Part shown: positions 39,291-47,841 of the stretch, in pieces
Layout of the letters: each line of letters opens with the position of its first letter
Numbering within the stretch: the first letter of the stretch is position 1
Origin: Rhodospirillaceae bacterium
GTDB lineage: Bacteria; Pseudomonadota; Alphaproteobacteria; GCA-2731375
Reading direction: 5' to 3'
Length of the DNA stretch: 64,000 nucleotides
Assembly: GCA_018701215.1 (NCBI GenBank)
Contig: JABIWH010000018.1
Span: forward strand, 14,861-78,860
Notes under the pieces: model-generated
Database searches by the model: none
What the model was told of the DNA's origin: nothing
What the model saw: the letters and a program-made list of their open reading frames with translations, nothing else
Program-made: the position numbers and the translations under genes

Positions 39291-40625
39291 TCAATCGGTC
39301 ACTGGAAAAAACTGGTTCTCCGGCCGGGGCAGACCGAGGTTTTCCCTCAATGTCATTCCCTCGTATTTACGGCGAAACAGGCCGCGGCGTTGTAGTTCCG
39401 GTACCACTTGGTCGACGAAATCGTCCAGGCCGGCGGGCAGGTAGGGGAACATGACGTTGAAGCCGTCGCAGGCGTCGGTTAGCAGCCATTCCTGCATTTG
39501 ATCGGCGATCATCGATGGCGTGCCGACCATGGCCAGGCCGGAATAGCCGCCCAGGCGTCCGGCCAGTTGCCGTACGGTCAGGTTTTCCCGTTCGGCCAGG
39601 GCCAACACCCGTTCGCGGCCGCTTTTCGAGGCATTGCTCTCCGGGATCGCAGGCAAAGGTCCGTCCGGATCAAAGCCGGAGGCATCATGGCCCAGGGCGA
39701 TGGACAGGGAGGCAATGGCGCTGTCGTAATGCACCAGGCTATCGAGCAAGGCGCGTTTTTCCTTGGCCTCGGCCGCCGTCTCGCCGACCACGACAAAGGC
39801 GCCGGGCAGGATTTTTAGATGCGCCCGCGCCCGGCCCAGCTGGTCCATGCGGCCCTTGACGTCGGCATAGAACGCCTGGCCGTCCGCCAGATTGGGCTGG
39901 GCGGCAAAAATAACCTCCGCCGTTTCCGCCGCCAGCTGCCGGCCCGCGTCCGAGGCGCCGGCCTGCACGATCACCGGCCAGCCCTGGGGCGGCCGGGCAA
40001 TGTTCAGCGGCCCGCGCACGGATAGAAATTCGCCATTGTGGTCCAGTACATGCAGTTTGTCGGGATCAAAAAATACGCCGCTGTCCACATCGCGGATGAA
40101 GGCGTCATCGGCCCAGCTGTCCCACAGCCCGGTGACCACATCGACGAATTCCCGGGCCCGGCGGTAACGCTCGCCATGCTCCATATGATCCTGCATGCCG
40201 AAATTCAGCGCCGCATCCGGATTGGAGGTCGTGACCAGGTTCCAGGCGGCCCGGCCGCCGCTGATATGATCCAGGGAGGCAAAGCGCCGGGCAATGGTAT
40301 AGGCCGGCTCGAACGTGGTTGAAGCCGTCGCGATCAGGCCCAGGTGTTCCGTCACCATGGCCAGCGCGGGCAACAGGGTCAGGGGATCGAATGAAGTTGA
40401 AGTCGCGCTGCGTTTCAACGCCTCCATGGGCATGTTCAGCACGGCCAGATGATCGGCCATGAAAAAGGCGTCGAATTTGCCCTGCTCCAGCTTTTGGGCA
40501 TAGCCCGTTAGGGCCTTAAGGTCGAAGTTGGCGTTCGGCGTACCGCCGGGATAACGCCAAGCGGCGGTGTGGATGGAGGCCGGGCGCATGAAGGCGCCCA
40601 GGCGTAGTTGTCTTTCTGATGTCAT
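39291..40625 (-). CDS. LLM-class flavin-dependent monooxygenase (NtaA/SnaA/DszA/SsuD-like)
   Basis: 444 aa. Luciferase-like monooxygenase sequence (LGAFMRPASIHTAAWRYP..., FFMADHL, insertion region typical of NtaA/DszA group). Confidence 0.8.
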   Translation of the reverse strand: MTSERQLRLGAFMRPASIHTAAWRYPGGTPNANFDLKALTGYAQKLEQGKFDAFFMADHLAVLNMPMEALKRSATSTSFDPLTLLPALAMVTEHLGLIATASTTFEPAYTIARRFASLDHISGGRAAWNLVTTSNPDAALNFGMQDHMEHGERYRRAREFVDVVTGLWDSWADDAFIRDVDSGVFFDPDKLHVLDHNGEFLSVRGPLNIARPPQGWPVIVQAGASDAGRQLAAETAEVIFAAQPNLADGQAFYADVKGRMDQLGRARAHLKILPGAFVVVGETAAEAKEKRALLDSLVHYDSAIASLSIALGHDASGFDPDGPLPAIPESNASKSGRERVLALAERENLTVRQLAGRLGGYSGLAMVGTPSMIADQMQEWLLTDACDGFNVMFPYLPAGLDDFVDQVVPELQRRGLFRRKYEGMTLRENLGLPRPENQFFPVTD

Positions 40626-40632
40626 TGCAGTC

Positions 40633-41238
40633 TCATTTCTGGCGCTCGATCTCTTCCTCGACGCCCGCTAGGCGGTCCTTGCCAAAGAAAATCTCGTCGC
40701 CGACATAGAAGGTCGGGCTGCCAAAGGTGCCCCGCTTGGCCGAGGCCGTGGTGTTGGCCAGCAATTCATCCTTCACGGATTGCTCCTGAATACCTGCCGC
40801 CATGGCCGCGCCATCCAAGCCATCCCTGTCCAGGGCAGCCTTGATTACCTCGGCGTCATCCATTTTCAGGCCGTCTTCCCACATATGGCGATACACGGCG
40901 TCCACGTATTGTTCGAAACAGCCCTGGCGCTTGGCCCAAATGGCGCCGCGCATGATTTGCACCGTGTTGACGGGGAAGTGCGGGTTGCGCGCATAGGCGG
41001 TCAGGCCGTGTTTGGTGATAAAGCGCTGCATCTCCAACTGGCCGTATTCGTTTTTGTTTTTGATGCCTTGAAATTGTTCCATTGGCGATTTGTTGTTGGT
41101 CAGTTTAAAAACACCCCCAAGCAATACAGGCACATAGTCACAGGCCACGCCCGTACGTTCGACGATGCCGGGGATCAACTTGTGCGCAATGTAGGCATTG
41201 GGGCTGCCAAAATCGAAATGAAATTCAAACGTAGGCAT
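40633..41238 (-). CDS. 2-hydroxychromene-2-carboxylate isomerase / DsbA-like thioredoxin-fold protein
   Basis: FHFDFGSPNAYIAHK N-terminus and FGSPTFYVGDEIFFGKDRL C-terminal motif typical of HCCA isomerase (DsbA-family, kappa-GST-like) proteins. Confidence 0.7.
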   Translation of the reverse strand: MPTFEFHFDFGSPNAYIAHKLIPGIVERTGVACDYVPVLLGGVFKLTNNKSPMEQFQGIKNKNEYGQLEMQRFITKHGLTAYARNPHFPVNTVQIMRGAIWAKRQGCFEQYVDAVYRHMWEDGLKMDDAEVIKAALDRDGLDGAAMAAGIQEQSVKDELLANTTASAKRGTFGSPTFYVGDEIFFGKDRLAGVEEEIERQK

Positions 41239-41270
41239 GGCGGACTTCCCTTTTCATTTGGCCTGGGTAC

Positions 41271-42515
41271 ATGACTTTGTCCCATGATATCCCGGCCATG
41301 CATGAAAGCGAAACCTCTCTATGGCGTGACACCAGGGCGCTGTCGTTTGTTATCTGGCTGTCCATCGCCCAGACCGTGTCCTGGGGCATCATGTTCTATG
41401 GCTTCGCGGTCTTCATCAAACCCCTGACGGCGGAGTTTGGCTGGAGCAAGGCCGAGATCACCGGTGCCTTCACCGTGTCCCTGTTGGTGGTCGGGCTGCT
41501 GTCGGTCAGCGCCGGCACTATTCTGGACCGTTTCGGCGGCCGTTGGTTGATGACCGGGGCCTCGGCCCTGGGCGCGGTGATCTTGTTGGGGGCGGCCTAT
41601 ATCGAAACCCTGACGGCCTATTACGTGGTCTGGATCGGTTTGGGCCTGGCCATGTCGGCGACGCTATATCCCGCCGGTTTCGCCGTGGTGGTGGCGACGT
41701 TGGGTCCGCGGGCACGCCAGGGGGTCACCATCATGACCCTGATCGCCGGCTTTGCCTCCACCGTATTCATTCCCTTGATCAGCCTGCTGCTGGAACTGAT
41801 GCACTGGCGAGACAGTTTCACCATGCTGGGCCTGATCCTGGCCGGCATTTGCGTGCCCATCCATGCCTATGTGCTGCGCCTGGAACGGATACCCGGCACC
41901 GGCCAGACCGGCCGCCCCAGGATATTTACCATCGATCTGAAGGACGGCCCCGTGGCTGCCGGACTGCGCAACCCAGCGTTCTGGTGGATCGGCATCTGCT
42001 TCACCGCCAACTCCCTGGTCATGGCCGGCGTCACCGTGCATATCATTCCCCTGATGCTGGAGCGCGGCTTTGCCATGACGGCCATCGTCGCCACCATCGC
42101 CATGATCGGGCCCATGCAGGTCAGCGGCCGGGTCGTTGTAACGGTGTTTGAGAAATGGCTGGATTTTCGCAAGGCCGGTCTGATGTCCGGGATCTTTCTG
42201 CTGCTCGGCTTCGCCCTGCTGTCCATGGCCCAGCCGGGCAACTATCTGAACTATCTGTTCCCGATCTTTTACGGCGGCTCCCTCGGCATTATCACGATCG
42301 TGCGTGCCCTGGCGGTGCCCGAGTTGATCGGATCGGAAGCGTATGGCGCCCTGAACGGTCTGTTGGGCCTGGCGTCGTCATTGGCGCTGGCCGTCACGCC
42401 GGTGCTGATCAGCTGGGTCTGGCTGCTCGGTCAATCCTACACCGCGCCCCTGATCGTCCTATCGGCGATCGGGTTGGCCTCGCTGCTCAGTTTCATCGTG
42501 GCGGTGCGGCGATGA
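41271..42515 (+). CDS. MFS transporter
   Basis: 414 aa with 12 predicted TM helices and an MFS-type organisation. Confidence 0.8.
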   Translation: MTLSHDIPAMHESETSLWRDTRALSFVIWLSIAQTVSWGIMFYGFAVFIKPLTAEFGWSKAEITGAFTVSLLVVGLLSVSAGTILDRFGGRWLMTGASALGAVILLGAAYIETLTAYYVVWIGLGLAMSATLYPAGFAVVVATLGPRARQGVTIMTLIAGFASTVFIPLISLLLELMHWRDSFTMLGLILAGICVPIHAYVLRLERIPGTGQTGRPRIFTIDLKDGPVAAGLRNPAFWWIGICFTANSLVMAGVTVHIIPLMLERGFAMTAIVATIAMIGPMQVSGRVVVTVFEKWLDFRKAGLMSGIFLLLGFALLSMAQPGNYLNYLFPIFYGGSLGIITIVRALAVPELIGSEAYGALNGLLGLASSLALAVTPVLISWVWLLGQSYTAPLIVLSAIGLASLLSFIVAVRR

Positions 42516-42573
42516 ACGGCTTCCAACAACGGCGGCGATTGTCTACAATTTGCCGCAAATTGGAGAGCGCACA

Positions 42574-42678
42574 ATGGCCGGACCCGTAAAACGCCTGTCA
42601 AAGGCCCATCGTTACGGCATCGCCGCCGTCATCGCGGCGCTGGTCGCCTATTATTCCTATCAGATCTGGTACGGCTAA
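42574..42678 (+). CDS. Possible small membrane protein (34 aa)
   Basis: ATG preceded by GGAGAG 8 nt upstream. Product MAGPVKRLSKAHRYGIAAVIAALVAYYSYQIWYG with one TM-like segment. Below the ORF-track size cutoff, so speculative. Confidence 0.25.
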   Translation: MAGPVKRLSKAHRYGIAAVIAALVAYYSYQIWYG

Positions 42679-42701
42679 CAGAGAGCACTCCAACAAAAAG
42701 A

Positions 42702-42725
42702 CCGGATGCACATGCATGCATCCGG
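42702..42725. terminator. Palindromic hairpin CCGGATGCA-CATGCA-TGCATCCGG between convergent transcription units
   Basis: Perfect 9-bp arms around a self-complementary loop. Sits between the + strand MFS/small ORF and the - strand P460-like gene. Confidence 0.45.
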
Positions 42726-42768
42726 CCAGTCTTGGAGGTATGACAACAGGTAGGACTAACTCGTCGGG

Positions 42769-43962
42769 TTAACGCACGCGGTACTCATCGGGTAAGAACA
42801 TCAGGCTGTCCTGTTCCTCGGCAACCGCCATGTGGCATTCGTAGCAGAAGTCCATCTTGGCCGAACCGGCGCCGTTGGTGGTGCCGAATACCTGGCCGTT
42901 GGGCAGCACCATGGTGTAACGCCAGTTGCCGGACACCTTTTTGAAACCAGCCGGCATTTTCTCCATCAGGAACAACGGTCCCGCCGCCAGCTTGCCGTTC
43001 GCCTTGGCAACGAAGCTGTCCTTGGCCAGGATGGCGCCAACGGGCATGCGGCCCGCCGCTTCATACTTGCCGTAGTTGCCGGCGGTGGTGTTGCCGTAGT
43101 TGTTGACGTAGCGGCCGCCATGGGTGTCCGAGACATAGGGTTGCGAGGAATAGTTCTTCCAGTCCTTGTAGTGGCCGGCCACGGTCAGGCCGGATTTGCC
43201 ATAGCCGGCGACAAGATCCTTGACCAGGCAGTCATAGGCCTTGCGTGCCTCGCCCGCCGTCAACTCGGCCACGGCGCCGGCGCCACAGGGATTACACGGG
43301 TTGCAGGGATTGCACGGGCCGCAGCCCTTCTTGGCGGCGCAGGGGTTGCACGGGCTGCAAGCTTTCTTGGCGGCACATGGATTACAGGCGCCGCAGTTTT
43401 TCTTTTTCGCCGCGCAGGGATTACACAATGCCGCCTTGACCAGTCGCGGGATGGCGCATTTTAGCGAGGCCGAGGCAGCGCCCGCACCGCATGGGTTACA
43501 GGGATTACAGGCACCACAGCCTTTTTTCGCGGCGCAGGGGTTGCACGGATTACAGGCTTTCTTGGCAGCGCAGGGATTACAGGCGCCACAGCCTTTTTTC
43601 GCCGCACATGGATTACAGGCACCGCAACCTTTCTTCTTGGCACCGCAAGGGTTGCACGCACCGCAGCCGCGTTTCTTGCTGGCGCACGGGTTGCACGAGG
43701 CGGCTACCTGCATTGGGCTCTGCTGTCTTGGCGCGGCAGGCGCGTTAGGCTGCTGGCCACTAGCCGCGGCTCCCCTGGCGACAGCCGCCGGATTGAGGCC
43801 ATGACTGGCGCCGGACGCCGGTATAGCGGCTCTGGCAAAGGCGACATCGGCCAACGGGATCGCCGCCCCGGCCGTCAAGGCCGCCCCCATAACCACATGC
43901 AACACGGATGATTTGATGATTTTGCTTTTTGTTGATCGCACGATCCAGCCTCCAGCATTCAT
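42769..43962 (-). CDS. Secreted cytochrome P460-family protein (C-terminal CxxCH) with N-terminal Cys-rich C-N-P-C tandem-repeat module
   Basis: Signal peptide (KIIKSSVLHVVMGAALTAGAAIPLADVAFA). About 17 C[NS]PC motifs in 9-12-aa repeats (CNPCAAKKGCGA...), arranged as two blocks each ending CNPCNPCGAGA. C-terminal ~170 aa (..QPYVSDTHGGRYVNNYGN...LFLMEKMP...GNWRYTMVLPNG...MDFCYECHMAV..FLPDEY) follow the cytochrome P460 / c-prime-beta pattern with heme-binding CYECH near the C-terminus. Start chosen at MNAGGW (43962); the ORF extends to 44025. Confidence 0.55.
   Translation of the reverse strand: MNAGGWIVRSTKSKIIKSSVLHVVMGAALTAGAAIPLADVAFARAAIPASGASHGLNPAAVARGAAASGQQPNAPAAPRQQSPMQVAASCNPCASKKRGCGACNPCGAKKKGCGACNPCAAKKGCGACNPCAAKKACNPCNPCAAKKGCGACNPCNPCGAGAASASLKCAIPRLVKAALCNPCAAKKKNCGACNPCAAKKACSPCNPCAAKKGCGPCNPCNPCNPCGAGAVAELTAGEARKAYDCLVKDLVAGYGKSGLTVAGHYKDWKNYSSQPYVSDTHGGRYVNNYGNTTAGNYGKYEAAGRMPVGAILAKDSFVAKANGKLAAGPLFLMEKMPAGFKKVSGNWRYTMVLPNGQVFGTTNGAGSAKMDFCYECHMAVAEEQDSLMFLPDEYRVR
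43255..43700. repeat. Coding tandem repeat (27/36-bp period, higher-order ~220-bp duplication) encoding the CNPC module
   Basis: Recurrent GGATTACA(C/G)GG(G/C)..GCAGCC..TTTCTT(G)GC units are visible in the sequence. They are coding, not a CRISPR array. Confidence 0.7.
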
Positions 43963-44087
43963 TTGATTGTTCCCCAATTTTGCGTGCCCTAAATCTGCAC
44001 CCGCCGCGCGGTGGAAACGAGTCACATCAACTCAAACTTCCGTGAGCGGGTCTGGGAATTTGGTGATGTCGTCTGTAATTTCACAGC

Positions 44088-44990
44088 ATGAGGAAACTTA
44101 TGAAGCGCGGACCGGCCATCGTGATCGCAATATGCGCCGTCATCATCGGGGCCGCAGCTGCCAGTGCGGAGGTTGCCAGGGTGGCGGCGGAAGAGATCCC
44201 GGTGCCGGCAACCGTTGCCGTTCCGGCGGGCGGCTTCATCGCCGGTTCCGATCAGGCCGAGCGTGACGCCGCCTATGACCTGGACCAGGCCGCTTATGGC
44301 CATGACCGTACCCGCCAATGGGGCTGGTATGATGATGAACGGTCCCGGCGACGCCATCATCTCGCCGCCTTTGCCATCACCCGGACCGCCATTACCAACC
44401 GGCAATACGCCGCCTTCATCGCGGCCACCGGGCACCCCGCGCCGGATGTCAAGCCAGAGACCTGGCGCGGCTACCGCCTGATCCATCCCTATCAACGCAC
44501 CCGGCGCCATGCCTGGCGCGGGCAATCGCCGCCGCCGGGGCGGGTCGACCATCCGGTGGTTTTGGTTTCCCACAACGATGCCTTGGCCTATGCCGCATGG
44601 TTAAGCACCGAAAGCGGCAACAGCTGGCGACTGCCAAGCGAACTGGAATGGGAAAAGGCGGCGCGAGGTGTTGGTGGCCGGTACTTTCCCTGGGGTAATG
44701 AATATGACTCCGGGCGCCTGAACAGCCACGATGGCGGTCCTTTCGATACCATGGCGGTGGGCCGGTTCGCGCGCGGCGCCAGTCCGTTTGGCCTGTTGGA
44801 CCCCGCCGGCCAGGTCTTTGAATGGACTGCCACGCCGGCAAACGGAAAAAAGGGCCGGCCGGGCCGCTATCTGGTCAAGGGCGGTTCCTGGGACGACAAG
44901 GGTTGCGGCGTTTGCCGGCCCGCCGCGCGGCATGGCCGGCCCGCCGCCATAAAGCATATCCTGATCGGCTTTCGGCTGATCAGGGAATAG
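44088..44990 (+). CDS. Formylglycine-generating-enzyme family (SUMF1/EgtB/PvdO/NirV-like) protein with N-terminal signal/anchor
   Basis: FGE-sulfatase domain features: RTAITNRQYAAFIAATGHPAP, HPVVLVSHNDALAYAAWL, WRLPSELEWEKAARG, GNEYDSGRLNS, KGGSW. Divergent from the P460-like gene. Confidence 0.65.
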   Translation: MRKLMKRGPAIVIAICAVIIGAAAASAEVARVAAEEIPVPATVAVPAGGFIAGSDQAERDAAYDLDQAAYGHDRTRQWGWYDDERSRRRHHLAAFAITRTAITNRQYAAFIAATGHPAPDVKPETWRGYRLIHPYQRTRRHAWRGQSPPPGRVDHPVVLVSHNDALAYAAWLSTESGNSWRLPSELEWEKAARGVGGRYFPWGNEYDSGRLNSHDGGPFDTMAVGRFARGASPFGLLDPAGQVFEWTATPANGKKGRPGRYLVKGGSWDDKGCGVCRPAARHGRPAAIKHILIGFRLIRE

Positions 44991-45053
44991 GGCAGAATGC
45001 CCATAATGGCTCAACGAATAACGGCTCAACGAAGCCAGATGAGGAATAGTGTC

Positions 45054-45755
45054 ATGAGCTTGTTTGATGAACTATCACGGGAACGGCTGGAGAAAATGGC
45101 CGCCGCCGGCGCGGAGGTTCTGGAATGCTACCGCGTCCTGGAAAAAACCTCCGCCAATATCGTGGGCCAGGTGATCGAGCATGGCGGTACTTTTTACGAA
45201 TGGGACCATTACCCCGAAGGTGATGTCTATGACCACGAAACCTACGGGCAATATTACTATCATTCCCACCGCCCGGAAGCGGGCGAGCACGGCCATTTCC
45301 ACATCTTCATCCGGCGCGAAGGCATCCCCGACCGCATGCAAACGATTCCCTTCGCCGGCACCGGGGAATGGCCCGAAGGCGACGAGATCATCTGCCATCT
45401 GATCGCCATTGCCATGGATCAAAAGGGCTTTCCAACGCATCTGTTCACCACCAACCGCTGGGTTACCGGCGAACACTGGTATGGCGCAGGGGACGTGACC
45501 GAGCTGTTGGACCGCTTTCTTATCGACCACACCTTTCCGTCCTGGGCCGTCAACCGCTGGATCACGGCCATGGTGGCGCTGTACCAGCCGCAGATCGCGC
45601 AATTGCTGATCGAGCGTGACACAGCGGTGCAGGCCTGGTCCGATAGTCACGATGAAGATGTGCTGGAGGACCGGGATTTGGAGCTGACCTCGAAAATCTC
45701 CCTGGACATCCCGCACCAGATCAAGCAAATCAAGAAGGCATTGAAGAAGTTCTAG
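45054..45755 (+). CDS. Conserved hypothetical protein (His/Tyr-rich putative metal-binding core [19 protein letters not shown])
   Basis: 233-aa ORF with a GAGGAA RBS and no recognisable family from sequence. Immediately downstream of the FGE-like gene (6-bp gap), suggesting an operon. Confidence 0.45.
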   Translation: MSLFDELSRERLEKMAAAGAEVLECYRVLEKTSANIVGQVIEHGGTFYEWDHYPEGDVYDHETYGQYYYHSHRPEAGEHGHFHIFIRREGIPDRMQTIPFAGTGEWPEGDEIICHLIAIAMDQKGFPTHLFTTNRWVTGEHWYGAGDVTELLDRFLIDHTFPSWAVNRWITAMVALYQPQIAQLLIERDTAVQAWSDSHDEDVLEDRDLELTSKISLDIPHQIKQIKKALKKF

Positions 45756-45775
45756 GGGATTTTTGGGGGAGCGGG

Positions 45776-46174
45776 ATGGACAAGATCAGCAAGACGGATG
45801 CGGAATGGCGGGCGCAACTCAGCGACGAGGAATTTCATGTCGCCCGCAATAAAGGCACAGAGCGGCCCTTTGGCCCCGGCTATAACAGCTGTCATGACGC
45901 GGGTATTTACACCTGTGTCTGTTGCGGGCTGGAGCTGTTCTCATCCGAGACGAAATTCGATTCTGGCACCGGTTGGCCCAGCTTTCATGCCCCCCTGGTG
46001 CCGGAAAATGTGGCCGAGGAATCGGACAATTCCCTTTTCATGCGGCGTACGGAGGTTATGTGCGCCCGTTGCGATGGCCATCTTGGCCACGTCTTTCCCG
46101 ATGGTCCGGCGCCCACGGGCTTGCGCTATTGCCTGAATTCGGCTTCCTTGCGCCTGGTTGCAGACGATAAATAG
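45776..46174 (+). CDS. msrB: Peptide-methionine (R)-S-oxide reductase
   Basis: SelR/MsrB motifs: two CxxC zinc sites (CVCCGLELF and [12 protein letters not shown]), GWPSF and the catalytic RYCLNSASL. Confidence 0.9.
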   Translation: MDKISKTDAEWRAQLSDEEFHVARNKGTERPFGPGYNSCHDAGIYTCVCCGLELFSSETKFDSGTGWPSFHAPLVPENVAEESDNSLFMRRTEVMCARCDGHLGHVFPDGPAPTGLRYCLNSASLRLVADDK

Positions 46175-46186
46175 AAAGAAAATCGT

Positions 46187-46846
46187 ATGAGTACGCAAGG
46201 TAACGCCATCAAGGCCGTATTGTGGGATTTCGGCGGGGTTTTTACCACCTCGCCCTTCGCCGCCTTTGCCCGCTACGAGGACGAGCACGGCCTGCCCAAG
46301 GATTTTATCCGCTCCATCAATGCCACCAACCCGGACGCCAATGCCTGGGCCAAAATGGAACGGAACGAGGTCAGCCACGCGGAATTCGGCGACCTGTTCG
46401 AGGCGGAATCCCGCGCCGCCGGCCATGCGGTCAACGGCAGCGAAATCCTGCCGCTATTGTCGGGCAGCCTGCAGCTGGAAATGGTCACCGCCTTGCGCAT
46501 CGTTGCCAACAGCTACAAGACCGCCTGTCTGACCAACAACATGCGCACGGGCCACGGCCCTTCCATGAGCCGGGACCCGGAGAAAGCGGCGCAGATCGAT
46601 AAGGTCATGGAAATCTTCGAGAAAGTGGTCGAATCCAGCCAGGTAGGCATTCGCAAGCCGGAGCCGAAATTCTATCAGATTGCCTGCGACATGCTGGGCG
46701 TGGAGCCATCCCAAGCGGTCTTCCTTGATGATCTGGGCGTCAACCTGAAGCCGGCCAAGGCCATGGGCATGACCACCATCAAGGTGCTGTCCGCCGGCCA
46801 GGCCATCGACGACCTGGAAGCGGTGCTGGGTATATCCCTGCGTTAG
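46187..46846 (+). CDS. HAD-superfamily hydrolase (subfamily IA, epoxide-hydrolase-N-terminal-like)
   Basis: DFGGVF motif I (DxG), motif II TNN, motif III K...DD (VFLDDLGVNLKPA). Confidence 0.7.
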   Translation: MSTQGNAIKAVLWDFGGVFTTSPFAAFARYEDEHGLPKDFIRSINATNPDANAWAKMERNEVSHAEFGDLFEAESRAAGHAVNGSEILPLLSGSLQLEMVTALRIVANSYKTACLTNNMRTGHGPSMSRDPEKAAQIDKVMEIFEKVVESSQVGIRKPEPKFYQIACDMLGVEPSQAVFLDDLGVNLKPAKAMGMTTIKVLSAGQAIDDLEAVLGISLR

Positions 46847-47769
46847 GCGAGACGTTTCATCCGATAGCCCATGCGGGGGAAGTGTACGCAGACCCGACCG
46901 ACCTGGTCATCTTGGCGCAGAATGGCCGCGTGGTTGGCTGATAGACTGTGCAGGCGCCCGGTGACCTGCGGGCCGCCGGATGCGGGTTCGATGCCGATCT
47001 GATCGCCGATATTCAAACCCAGCGGATCGCCGGGGTCCGCCTGTTCCGGGGTTTGCGGATTTGCCTTGCTGGCGATCTGCAGAGCCTCCAGGTCACTCAT
47101 ATCCTCCGGCTGGCCATGGCCGATGGCCTTGACCCGTTGTTCCCAGGCCATCAGGTTTCGGAACTGGGAGAGGAATTCATCGCCTGCTGCCATGCGGTCG
47201 CTCAGGAACCAGACCAGATAATAGGCCAGGGCATCAGGCAGGCCTGGATGATCACCCAACATGAACGCGCGGGCGGCGACACGTTCGTCCATCCAACCGA
47301 ATTGAGCCCGGATATTCGCCAGGCATTGGGCATATTTGGCCTTGATATCATCCAGGCTGAAATCCGGGCCGAAATACAAAGGCCCGCGGTCAGCCAGGAA
47401 TTCAGCCGGCATATTCGGGCTCATCTCGACCAGGGCAACATTGATGACATCCTGGAACAGCGGCCCATCGGTCCATTGCCCGACACCCCAGGCCATGCCG
47501 GCGGCCCCACCGGGAAACAAGGTGGGTTCGGGAAAGCGTTGCTCCAACGCGCGGATGATGCATTGGGTATCGCAATAGATATCGGCACCGATCTGCATCA
47601 CCGGCGTCAGGCGATAGCCCCCCGTTAGCGGCATCAGTTTCGGTTTTGGCGGCAGCCGTGGGATTTCCACGGATTTCCAGGCCAGGTTCTTCATGCCCAG
47701 CACGACGCGGACCTTTTCGCTGACCGGCGATTGCGGATAGTGGTGCAGGATGACCTGATCTTGGCTCAT
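46843..47769 (-). CDS. Glutathione S-transferase-like protein with C-terminal extension
   Basis: GST N-terminal thioredoxin-like domain (LHHYPQSPVSEKVRVVL...PVMQIGADIYCDTQCI) and a GST C-terminal helical domain followed by ~70 extra residues. Start at MSQDQ. Confidence 0.55.
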   Translation of the reverse strand: MSQDQVILHHYPQSPVSEKVRVVLGMKNLAWKSVEIPRLPPKPKLMPLTGGYRLTPVMQIGADIYCDTQCIIRALEQRFPEPTLFPGGAAGMAWGVGQWTDGPLFQDVINVALVEMSPNMPAEFLADRGPLYFGPDFSLDDIKAKYAQCLANIRAQFGWMDERVAARAFMLGDHPGLPDALAYYLVWFLSDRMAAGDEFLSQFRNLMAWEQRVKAIGHGQPEDMSDLEALQIASKANPQTPEQADPGDPLGLNIGDQIGIEPASGGPQVTGRLHSLSANHAAILRQDDQVGRVCVHFPRMGYRMKRLA

Positions 47770-47841
47770 TGCTGTTTCCCCGTTGATAAAACAGGGGAGT
47801 TGTAGCCGGCCCATAGCAGCCCGCAAGGCACGATTTGGTGA

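Noticed and set aside
43255-43700. Periodic 27/36-bp direct repeats that could be mistaken for a CRISPR array
   Set aside because: The repeats are contiguous without unique spacers and lie in-frame inside a coding sequence (the CNPC module). No cas genes nearby.
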